Assembly (NCBI RefSeq): GCF_006345805.1
Contig: NC_043006.1
Span: 4,650,001 to 4,714,000, forward strand
Direction: 5' to 3'
DNA: 64,000 nucleotides
Source of the DNA: Octopus sinensis
Lineage: Eukaryota
Below the pieces are notes generated by a model. It worked only from the letters and a program-made list of their open reading frames with translations. It searched no databases and was not told where the DNA came from. Within the stretch, counting starts at the first letter, position 1; each line of letters opens with the position of its first letter. Both the position numbers and the translations under genes were made by a program. This document shows, in pieces, positions 1-11,900 of this stretch.

Positions 1-64
1 GAAACTTATAAATATCAAATATCAAAAAATTTAAGATTTAAACAATTTTATTATTTGGATACAG

Positions 65-245
65 GGCCAAAATCAATCAGAAACTTCTACTTGGAAAAAC
101 ATATCAAAGAAAATGAAGCTTATGTTTCCATTGGTGTGGCCGAAAGGTCAGTTGGTGTTGCAGTTGTTAGTTGTTTTATGCCTGGGATTACTTAGCCTTG
201 GACGAGTAGTGAATATTTTTGTACCAATCTATTACAAAAACATTG
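65..245 (+). CDS. ABCB6: ABCB6 exon ([28 protein letters not shown]...VPIYYKNI)
   Basis: acag acceptor at 61-64, gtgagt donor at 246; resembles ABCB6 [21 protein letters not shown]...VPIFYRNI. Confidence 0.9.
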
Positions 246-3200
246 GTGAGTAAAAGTTCTTTCATATTTATTTCATATGCATTATATATTTATACTTATA
301 CATATTTACATATATTTTCATACATCGTCATCATCATCATTTAGCGTCCGCTTTCCATGCTAGCATGGGTTGGACGGTTCGACTGGGGTTTGGGAAGCAA
401 GGAGGCTGCACCAGGCCCAGTCTGATCTGGCAGTGTTTCTACAGCTGGATGCCCTTCCTAATGCCAACCACTCTGAGAGTGTAGTGGGTGCTTTTACGTG
501 CCACCGGCACGGGGACCAGTCAGGCAGTACTGGCAACGACTTTGCTCGAATGTTTTTACACATGCCACCGGCACAAGTGCCAGTAAGGCAACGCTGGTAA
601 TGATCATGTTCGAATGGTACTTTTTATGTGTCACCAGCACAGAAGCCAGTTAGCTGCTCTGGCAAAATGAGATTTAATATTTAATAACCAGTTACAAATA
701 AGTGTAAAAGTGATGATAATGATGATGACAGTGGTGGCAATGATCTACAACTAAAACCTATTAAACAAACAGATAATATAATTATCATCACTCATGTTAT
801 TACCGTCTTGATAAGATTATCTAAAGTAACAGAAGTTATCTCAAACAGAAGTAGCAGACTGTTTCTACTTCATCTAGTGATATTCAGAGCAGATGATGAG
901 TTCACAAACTATGCAAACATTAGCTATGAAAATTATTTAACAATTAATTTGTGAGTAGATGTATGAAATAGTGACTCAGAGTAAACATGCCTGATACCTA
1001 TTTCTTTACAACCCACAAGGGGCTAAACGCAGAGGAGACAAACAAGGACATACAGATAGATTAAGTCGATTATATCGACCCCAGTGTGTACCTGGTACTT
1101 AATTTATCGACCCTGAAAGGATGAAAGGCAAAGTCGACCTTGGCAGAATTTGAACTTAGAACATAGCGGCAGACGAAATACTGCTAAGCATTTCGCCCGG
1201 GATGCTAACGACTCTGCCAGTTCTGAGATATATTTAAACCTGTTGAAGGTTTTTTGCTGCAGAATTTGTTTCTGTGGCTGGTGTATTCTGGAGTTCCTGC
1301 CAACGAATTTTGAGCAAGGAATTGTGAACAAAAAGAGTTGCAGCAAAATTTGTGCCTTGCTTGTTCATGGACGATCAAAAGCAGTCACAACTGAATGTGT
1401 GTTGTGAACTGAAAGAACAATTGGAAGTTGATCTGGACCTTTATTCAAAAGAAACCAAATATAACTAAATGTTTAAAGGAAATGTCTATTATGAGCCAGA
1501 ACTTCTCAATTTGTTGATGTAACTATTGATCTTCAAAATAAATTTAACCAGAATATAATGTTGTATTTGCTTTGTAATGAGGTGATATTTGAAACTTTTG
1601 AAATTTGCTTATGATGTTCCTGACTGGCACTGTGTATTGTGTCTGAGATATTCTTGTTGATAGACAGGATTATGACTCCTTAACTCTTCAAATGGAGTGA
1701 TAGAGGCAAATATTTTCAATCCCTTACCAAGATTATATACTTAAAAGCAATAAATGCCAATTGTGGCTTTGACACACATTAGTTAAGGTGACTCATATAT
1801 CGCTAAGAATGTCTGTCTTTTACCACAGTCTTCTAAAATCTTAACTTGAACCAAAAGAGCTTCTGTGTGGTTGTTTGATATGCTAGAAATAGAAGTGAAA
1901 TATCTCTCAAATTCTTTCCCACCATCTTAGAAAACGACACATTGAAATTAATAATAATAATCATAATAATAATAATCATCATCATCATCATCATCATCAT
2001 CGTTTAGCGTCCGTTTTCCATGCTAGCATGGGTTGGACGGTTCTACTGGGGTCTGTGAAGCCAGAAGGCTTCATCAGGCCCAGTCAAATCTGGCAGTGCT
2101 TCTATGGCTGGATGCCCTTCCTAACGCCAACCACTCCGTGAGTGTAGTGGGTGCTTTTTACGTGCCACCCGCACTGGTGCCAGACAGAGCTGGCAAACGG
2201 CCACGAACGGATGGTGCTTTTTATGTGCCACCGGCACGAGGGCCAGGCGAGGCTGGCAACGGACACGAAACGGGGCGGTGCTGGCAACGGTCGCGAAACG
2301 GAAAGTTCTCTTACATGCCACCGGCACTGGTAACACATCTGCAATTTCCATTGATCGATTTCCATTGATCGATTTCGATTCTGATCGTCACTTGCCTCAA
2401 CAGGTCTTCACAAGCAGAGTTTTGACATGCCACCGGCACTGGTAGCACATCCGCAATTTCCATTGATCGATTTCGATTCTGATCCTCACTTGCCTCATCA
2501 CGTCTTCACAAGTAGAGTTTTGTGTCCCAAGAAGGGAAGGTATGCATACGTAGGCTGGCTCCATCCCATGTAGAAGGCCACGGGTTATGGACTCACTTGT
2601 CCTGCCGGGTCTTCTCGCGCACAGCACACTTCCAGAGGTCTCGGTCTCTAGTCATTTCCTCAGTGAGACCTAAAGTTCGAAGGTCGTGCTTCACCACCTC
2701 GTCCCAGGTTTTCCTGGGTCTGCCTCTTCCACAGGTTCCCTCAACCGCTAGGGTGTGGCACTTTTTCACACAACTATCTTCATCCATTCTCGCCACATGA
2801 CCATACCAGCGCAAACGTCTCTCTTGCACACCACAACTGATGCTTCTTAGGTCCAGCTAATAATAATTCTTTCTCCTAAAGGTATAAGGCCTGAAATTTT
2901 GGGGGAGGGGACCAGTCAATTGTATTGACCTAAGTGTTTCACTGGTACTTAATATATTAGTCCTGAAAGGCTGAAAGGCAAAGTCAACCTTGGTGGAATT
3001 TGAACTCAGAATATTAAGACAGATGAAATGCCACTAAGTATTTTACCTGGCCTGCTAATGATTCTGTCAGCTCACCACCTAAATAATAATAATAATAATA
3101 ATAATATCAATAATGGTCTCAAATTTTGGCACATGCCGGCAAGTTCAGGGAGGGGGTAAGTCAATTAATTCAACCCCAGTACTCAACTGGTACTTGTGCA

Positions 3201-4063
3201 AAGTAAAATTGACTGTAGCGGAGTTTGAACTCAAAATGTAAAAACAGACAAAATGCTGCTAAGCACTTTGCCTGGCATGGTAACGATACTGCCAGCTTGC
3301 CACCTTAATAATAATAATATAATAATAATAATAATAGTAATAAAGAGAGCAGTTCATGTCATCAAAGTGACACAAATATACGAAGCCCAGTATACCCATC
3401 ATGACTACCCGTCTGATAAGGGTACACCAGGCACATGCATCACAACCATATGTGCGCGACATGATGATCTCATATCAAGATAAACAGCGCATGACCTTGC
3501 AGGTGGGGCCCAGTTAGAATTTTCTTCAGGTTGAGTAGCCCATCCCGCTCAAAAGGTCCCTGAATAAGGGTTGTTTAAGGATGTTGAAAGAACCACCCAT
3601 GTTTCCAGAGGTGAATTATTCAAACCCCAAAGAATCCCTCTCAACACATGGCTATGATGCTCCCCCACTACTTCTGCTCGTGATCAGAGATGCACATATC
3701 GTCAGTCACTAAGGGACATGCTCAACTGGTTACGGTCAAACAACTGACAAGCAAATCTGTGGTACTGAGCAGAATATTTACTGTAGCCCATCTTTTATAC
3801 CAAGACAAAACAATGTATGTGATAACACTTCCAATCAGTTAAGATCAGAAGTGAGGAGAGCCACTGTTTGGTACTGCATCATCTTTATTATTATTATTAT
3901 TATTATTATTATTGGTTTGACTCATACGAAGACAAAACACTGTACATGATAACACTTCCAATCAGTTAAGATCAGAAGCCATGAGAGCCACTGCCTGGTA
4001 CTAGTGATAATAATAATAATAATGATAATAATAATAATAATAATGATAATAATAATAATAATG

Positions 4064-4094
<31 letters not shown>

Positions 4095-4395
4095 TTATGA
4101 TGATAATAATGATAGGGGTTGATGTAATTGATTATCCCAAATTTTCAAAATTTCAGGTCTTGTGCCTATACTCTTTTACTCTTTTACTTGTTTCAGTCAT
4201 TTGACTGTGGCCATGCTGGAGCACCGCCTTTTTAGTCGGGCAAATCGACCCCAGGACTTATTCTTTGTAAGCCTAGTACTTATTCTATCGGGCTCTTTTG
4301 CCGAACCGCTAAGTTACGAGGACGTAAACACACCAGCATCGGTTGTCAGGCGATGTTGGGGGAACAAACACAGACACACAAACATATACACACAC

Positions 4396-4426
<31 letters not shown>

Positions 4427-7400
4427 CATATATACAATGGGCTTCTTTCAGTTTCCAGCTACCAAATCCACTCACAAGGCTTTGGTCGGCCTGAGGCTAT
4501 AGCAGAAGACACTTGCCCTAGGTGCCATGCAGTGGGACTGAACCCGGAACCATGTGGTTGGTAAGGAAGCTACTTACCACACAGCCATTCCTATGCCTAT
4601 AGTAAAAAGGGTTGTTTAAAATACTATGAGATTTAGTTATTCCCTTTTTAGAATGTGATGATGATGATGATGATGATGTTTTTGATTAATGGAAAGTATT
4701 TTCTGAAAAATGGCTTTTTGTATTATTTTAGTGAACAGTCTATCCGAAGATGCTTCCGGTGGCAAACCACTAACTTTCCGATGGGATTTTGTTCTTATCT
4801 ACGTCGTTCTCTTTATGTTACAAGGTGGAGGATTTGGTAAGCAATATTTTACTATTCTCTTTTTCTGGGTGTAAAGCATTTAAAATTTGTAAAATTGAGA
4901 AATAACAATTTAACAGGTGCTTAACTGGAAAGTATTTTAAAACTTTGAAATGAAAAGTATTTGAAAAAGAAAAAAAAATCCCCTACAAAATAACCGAACC
5001 AAAAGCTGATTGGGACATATTGCTGAAAATTTTTAGATATTTATCCTTACAATAGAAGTATTATTTTTTCCATGATTTTCATGAATAAGAGATTACATCT
5101 GGTATAATTTTCATGAAATTACATCTGGTATAATTTTCACTACACCTGATTTTCTCCCCTCCATACACACGCAAGCATCTATCTGACTCATACACTGTTC
5201 ACTTCCCAGACATTTGTACATTAAGGCACATGCTTTATATGCACTTTTGACAAGTTGTGGTGCACCTGAGCACTGTATACAATAATTTCATTATTATTAT
5301 TATAAAATGATAAAAGGTCAGCAACATCTGAATGAGTAAACACAGTTAGTTGTGACGCTGTGTAGGAATCTGATTTGAAAAAAAAAAAAGATGTCATGTG
5401 ACTCACAGTCCTTCAATTGTAATTTCACATCTTGTAAGATTCTCATCTGCTCCATCCTAACAGAACTCAGGTTACTTTCACATTATATTGGAGCTTATCT
5501 CTGAGATCTTTTATATTCGAGGATTTGCAAAAAATAAATCAGTTACCATTTATGATGCCATATTTTTGCCCTATTTTCTCACATTTTGATTGTTAAATCC
5601 TGATTCCTTTATGACTTTTTTTCCCCCTCTTCTCCAGGTTCAACAGGTCTCTTGAACAATTTGCGGTCTTTATTATGGCTTCCTGTTCAGCAGTACACAA
5701 CAAGAAAAATACAAATACAATTATTTGCACATTTACATTGGTATGCAAGATTTTATCCTTATGCTGTTTGCATTTATTAATATCGTTGGTAGAATACTTC
5801 TGTATGATGTAGCTTTACCAGATATCTTCATCATCATCATCGTTTAACATCCGCTTTCCATGCTAGCATGGGTTGGACAAATGACTGAGGTCTGGCGAAC
5901 CAGATGGCTGCACCAGGCTTCAATCTTGATCTGGCTGAGTTTCTACAGCTGGATGCCCTTCCTAATGCCAACCACTCCGAGAGTGTAGTGGGTGCTTTTA
6001 TGTGCCAGTCAGGTGGCACTGGCAATGACCTTGCTCAAATCTTTTACACATACCACTGGCACAGGTGCCAGTAAGGCGATGCTGGTAATGATCACGCTCG
6101 AATGGTGTCTTTTACGTGCCACTGGCACGGAGGCCAGATAGCCGCTCTGGCAACGATCATGCTCGTTGTATTAGAAAAAACTATACTATTGTGGTTACCA
6201 TGAGGGAAACTCTCATATTGGTATTTTGGTGCAAAATGGTGCTGATGAGAATCTCACAAGAGTGCATTTTGCACCAAAAGCCAATATGAGAGTTCCTCTT
6301 ATTGTAACTACCACAGTATAGTTTGTTTTAATAGAACATCCGTGTTTAAGTGAGGACAAATATTTCCTTCACCTGACAGTATGGGATTACAAGTATTCAA
6401 CAGATGGGAATGAATAGGAATCTTTGTAAGATATTTAGTTGTTGAGATTATTGATAATCCTGGCTCCGACTTAAGAAGATTAAAGAGCCAATATAAGAAT
6501 ATTTCAAAGAGCTAATTAGGTTATCTTAACATAACAGACTTTTTCTTTTATTCTTTCATTTGTTTCAGTCATTTGACTGTGGCCATCCTGGAGCACCGCC
6601 TTTAGTCGAGCAAATCGACCCCAGGACTTTGTAAGCCTAGTACTTATTCTATTGGTCTCTCTTGCCGAACCGCTAAGTGACGGGAACGTAAACATACCAG
6701 CATCAGTTGTCAAGCGATGTTGGGGGTACAAACACACACACAAATATATACATACATATATGTATATACAATGGGCTTCTTTCAGTTTCCGTCTACTAAA
6801 TCCACTCACAAGGCTTTGGTTGGCCTGAAGCTATAGTAGAAGACACTTGCCCAAGGTGCCATGCAGTGGGACTGAACCCAGAACCATGTGGTCTGTAAGC
6901 AAGCTACTTACCACACAGCAACTCCTGGAAAATAATTCTTCACACTTTCTAATCATTTCTTTAGTCAGCCTAGTTGCTATTTGCTGAAATTTCTTGAAGT
7001 AAAAAAAAAATGAAGAAAATTCTTTATGAAACGATTTTTGGTTTAAATATTGAATTCTTGCGAAAGTGTCAGAATAAAGCAATAACATTAAACTGTATTC
7101 CTTCCATTAAAATAAATTCTTAATAACTGGTAGTTTTGTGTAAGATCCTATATTTGTCCTGATTGTACAAGACTATGGCACACAGTGCAAAATTAGATCT
7201 GGTATTCAGTGGATCATACTGCACATTCCAACGTGGTGGATGATTGTAAGAAATGCCGGTGCCACTTAACCCTTTCGTTACCGTATTTATTTTGAGATGC
7301 TCTGTGTTTCTTCCAATTATTTTTCATATAACAAAGAATTTAGTAAAATAACATCGTTATAATTAAGCTAGGTTTTAGGAACATAAATTGTGACTAAGGT

Positions 7401-8883
7401 TCGGTGGAAGATTTTAATTCAGAACTTTTGAAAACCAGACATTTGTACTAAAGAGTCTGAGCCGGTTTCAGCCAGGTTGGTAATAAAAGGGTGAAAAAGC
7501 ACCCAGTACATGCTGTAAAGTGGCTGGTGTTAGGAAGGACATTCTAGCCTTAGAAACCAAACCAAAATAAACTATGGAACCTTGTGTGGTCCCTGGCCTT
7601 GCCAGTTCCTGCCAAGCTGTCCAACTCATGTCAGCATGAAGAATGGACATAAAATGTTGGTGAGGATGATGATGATGATGATGATGAATGCAGTGTAACA
7701 CTGGGTGAGTTGCTTGTTTCTGTATGTCAAAAGCTAAAGTGGAGGTGGATAAGGTTGACTAAATCAAAACGTAACAGCTGCTGTTACTCTTTGCTTATAA
7801 TTACTTGTGTGTATCTCATTATAATGTTTGAAGCTAATGAGGTTATTGATGTTTGTGTATGTGTTTTTTTTCCCCATATGTGTCTGGGCTGAGAGGGAAG
7901 GATAGCATTCTTATTTCTTTATTGCCCACAAGGGGCTAAACACAGAGAGGATAAACAAGGACAGACAAACGGATTAAGTCGATGATATCGACCCCAGTGC
8001 GTAACTGGTACTTAGTTAATTGACCCCGAAAGGATGAAAGGCAAAGTTGACCTCGGCGGAATTTGAACTCAGAACTTAGCGGCAGACGAAATATCGCTAA
8101 GCATTTCGCCCGGCGTGTTAACGATTCTGTCAGCTGAGAAGGGAAGGATAGCATTCTGAGGGTGGTGTTGGGTTCCAGAATGTAGTGGATGTATTCAGGT
8201 GTAACGATTATACATTTAACAACAGGCATTGTAAGGGTCGAAGCTTGTTAATTTTGTAAAGACATTTTTTAGGCACTAATGCAGCATGTTTGCATTCTTT
8301 GTACTATTTTTGTGTTGTATATATTTTCTGATTCAGTTGTGTTTTTTTTGTGTGTAAAATGCTTGAGGTTTTGAATGGTATTGATCTGCATGTTGCTGTC
8401 TTCATTTCTGTATATTCAGTATCCAGGAGAACACCACATAGTATATTTATCCATTTTGAGAATGATAAAAAGGTGGCGAGCTGGCACAAACGTTAGCACA
8501 CTGGGCGAAATGCTTTGCAGTATTTTGTCTGTCTTTACATTCTGAGTTCAAATTCCGCCGAGGTCAACTTTGCCTTTCATCCTTTCGGGGTCGATAAATG
8601 AAGTACCAGTTACACACTGGGGTCGATGTAATCGACTTAATCCGTTTGTCTGTCCTTGTTTGTCCCCTCTATGTTTAGCCCCTTGTGGGCAATAAAGAAA
8701 TAAAAAAGAAATAAGAGGTTTAGGTACAAGTGTGGCTGTGTGGTAAGAAACTTGCTTCCTGATCTCATGGTTCTGGGTTCAGTCCTGCTGGGTGGCACCT
8801 TGAGAAACTGTCTTCTACTATAGTCTTGGGCTGACCAAAACCTTGTAAGTGGATTTGGTGGATGGAAACTGAAAGAAGCCTGT

Positions 8884-8919
<36 letters not shown>

Positions 8920-11900
8920 TTCTGTGCCGGTGGCACATAAAAAGCACCAACCGATCGTGGCCGATGCCAGACCCCTTTGGCACCTGTGCAAGTGGCACGT
9001 AAAAAGCACCCACTACACTCATGGAGTGGTTGGCGTTAGGAAGGGCATCCAGCTGTAGAAACACTGCCAGATCAAACTGAAGCCTGGAGCAGTCCCTGGC
9101 TCCCCAGACCCTGGCTCCCCAGACCCCGGTCGAACCGTCCAACCCGTGCTAGCGCGGAAAACAGACGTTAAATGATGATGGTGATGATGATGATGATGTG
9201 TCTTTGTGTCTATGCTTGTCTCCCTCATCACAGCTTGACAACTGGTGTTGATGCGTTTATGTCCAAACTTAGTGGGTCAGCAAAAGAGACTGATAGAATA
9301 AGTACTAGGCTTAAAAAAACAAGTCCTGGGGTTGATTTATTTCGACTAAAACCCTTCAAAGTGGTGCTCCTGCTTGGCCACAATCAAATGACTGAAACAA
9401 ATAAAAGAATTAAAAAAAGTTTAAGGAACAGTTTGCTGATTGACCTGTATGCAATTCCTCATTGGGTAGTAAAGGTTTCCTCCCCCCTCCTCCTCCTCAT
9501 CATCGTCATCATCATCATCATGATGATCTTCTTCTTCTTCTTCTTCTTCTTCTTCTTCTTCTTCTTCTTCTTCTTCTTCTTCTTCTTCTTCTATTATTTG
9601 TAATATCATTCCTCATTGCCATCATCTTTTACCTTCCAATTTTAAATTCAAACTCTGTTATTTGGAGTTTGCAATTGTCTTTTAGAGGCAAGTAAACACA
9701 TCATTGTATTATTGCTTTATAGTTGAGGAGCAAAGGAATTTCCCATGGCCTATGAAGGGACTGTGAGAGTTGTGGGGTAGGTGTAAGGGGATATGTAAAT
9801 GATGACTCAGGCGTTGCTACAATAAGGGGTTGCACATCAAGATATCAAGTTATTCCTCAGGTTGGTGACAACACTTGTAACAGAGCGGACTTCATGAGAG
9901 GCAACCACCAAAAGTCAAGTGGTGTTTTGAAACCAAGTGACAGATGTGGTCTACCACCCTAGAACAAGTACAGTCTAATGGGTTTTGCACAATTTCTGTG
10001 TCCCCAAGTTTATCAACAATGCCTGCTTTGACTTGAGGTTTTAATAGAACAAACCTGTTCAAGATACCACATTGTGGGATCAAATCAGAGTTTACTTCTA
10101 AACCACAATGTCACCCCCTTGGGCCAGTTGGTCAAATTTTTCTGAAACTCATTACCATAGCTTTACTTTCTCATGCAGTAGATGGGGCTGTTAGCTGTAC
10201 AACTACTTGTCCAAAGGGTCATGCACGTCTTTAGAACACATTTTGTTGCAGTTTAGCATCACAGATTTCAAAACAAAATTTTCTTCATAATAAAATATGA
10301 GACTTCTCTTTTGATTTCAGTCTTTCTCTTAGATGGCATTTAAACAGGAAGACGGGTGAAGTCCTACGGGTTATTGACAGAGGAAAGAACAGCATCAACC
10401 AACTTCTCAGTTACATCCTCTTCCAGATCCTTCCCACAATTATCGACATCATAATTGCTATCATATTCTTCATCACTCAGTTCAACTACATCTTTGGTTT
10501 GGTTGTTTTCCTCTGTATGATGCTCTATCTTGGTAAGTGACACATTCTATTGTTCCGTCCTGTCTCTTAGAATTTCTCTTCTGAATTAATATTTTTTTGT
10601 TTACCAGTAACTGAGTGTGTTTTTGTTTGCTGAGTTATTGAGTAAGTGTTGTAACGTCATGGACCGAAGGCTTTTTGTTTTTCAAGTGGAAGAGAGGGGA
10701 AGTGATTTGAAGTTAGTTTTTGTTAAGATTGAAGTGGAAATACACAGAAATTTTATGAATAATTTGCTCTTCTTGAAGCGAAGATGTGTGTATTGTTTTA
10801 TACATGTACAGAACAAGAGGAGGCACATGGGACAAAGAATTGCTGAAAAGGTCACATGATGTGCAACAAAAGAGCATTGACAAAGAAACAAAACTAATAA
10901 TAAAGCTGAAGTAAGCTCTTACATAGAGTGCTTGTGTTTAATTGGCAAAATATGACCAACCCCAAGTATAAATATATTGGGTCATCCCATAAATAATCCA
11001 TTTTTTATACTTCTTTTATTTCTCAATATTAAGATAAACAAAGTTCTTTTTCAATCTAAAATATACTCCCCTTCATTTTCTACAATTCTCTTCCATCCAT
11101 CTGGTAGACTTGCAAGACCCCTCTTCCAAAATTCACTTGTCTGTGATAAAAAATACTCCTCCAGGAACTGTTCTGACCTTGTCTACAGAATTCATATTTT
11201 TTCTGTTCAAATGATGTTGAAGACTGTGGAATAAATGATAATCTAATGGGGTAATGTCCAGCAAATCTGCTGGGTGGAGCATTGTTACTCATTCAAACTG
11301 CTCCAGCTTTTGGAATGTCATCCTCACTGTATGTAACTGAGCATTACTCTGATGGAAGAACACCTTCCATCTTGAAACCAAAAGTGGTCGTTTTTCTTTC
11401 TAGCACTGACTTAAGCCACTTAAGCTGCTCACAGTAGATCTCCTTTGTTATCATTTGGTTTGGGTTTCAAAGTTCAAAGTGGACTAAACTTTTCATATCC
11501 CACCAAACAGATAACAACACCTTATGTGGGTGAAGACCTTCTTTATCCTGGGGTGCCAGTGTTTCTCATTTCCCTACCTTCTGTCTTCGGTGCTTGACAT
11601 TTTTATTGAGAACCCATTTCTTGTCACCAGTCACTATTCGGTTCAAAAAAGGTTCATTTGTAGGACTTGATAACAAAGAAGAGCACACATTCTTTCTCTG
11701 CACGCAATTAGACTTGGAAAGTTTGTGAGGAACCCAGTGACCCAATTTGCTGACTTTTCTGATAAATGGTTGTTCCTCTGCAGTTATGATGGGATTTTGT
11801 TCCATTAGGGTTTGCAGGAAGTCCTTGTTGAGCTCTGTAGATCTTCCAGAACTAGGCTCATCTTTAGGCTGTAGTTTCTGGCTCAGAATTTGTGGAGCCA

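Noticed and set aside
360-600. Recurrent ORFs [13 protein letters not shown].. / MGWTV.. and RNWYLIYRPRK..
   Set aside because: Chance frames within RTE 3' UTR and SINE copies; the frames are not preserved between copies.
3825-3860. Faint resemblance of the AAT-tailed element end to U2 snRNA antisense
   Set aside because: Only a few scattered matches; not distinguishable from chance by eye.
6238-6265. ctgatgag in the fold-back spacer as a hammerhead core
   Set aside because: No correctly placed GAAA..UH downstream.
9790-10130. Possible decayed non-LTR fragment
   Set aside because: No motif could be read with confidence.
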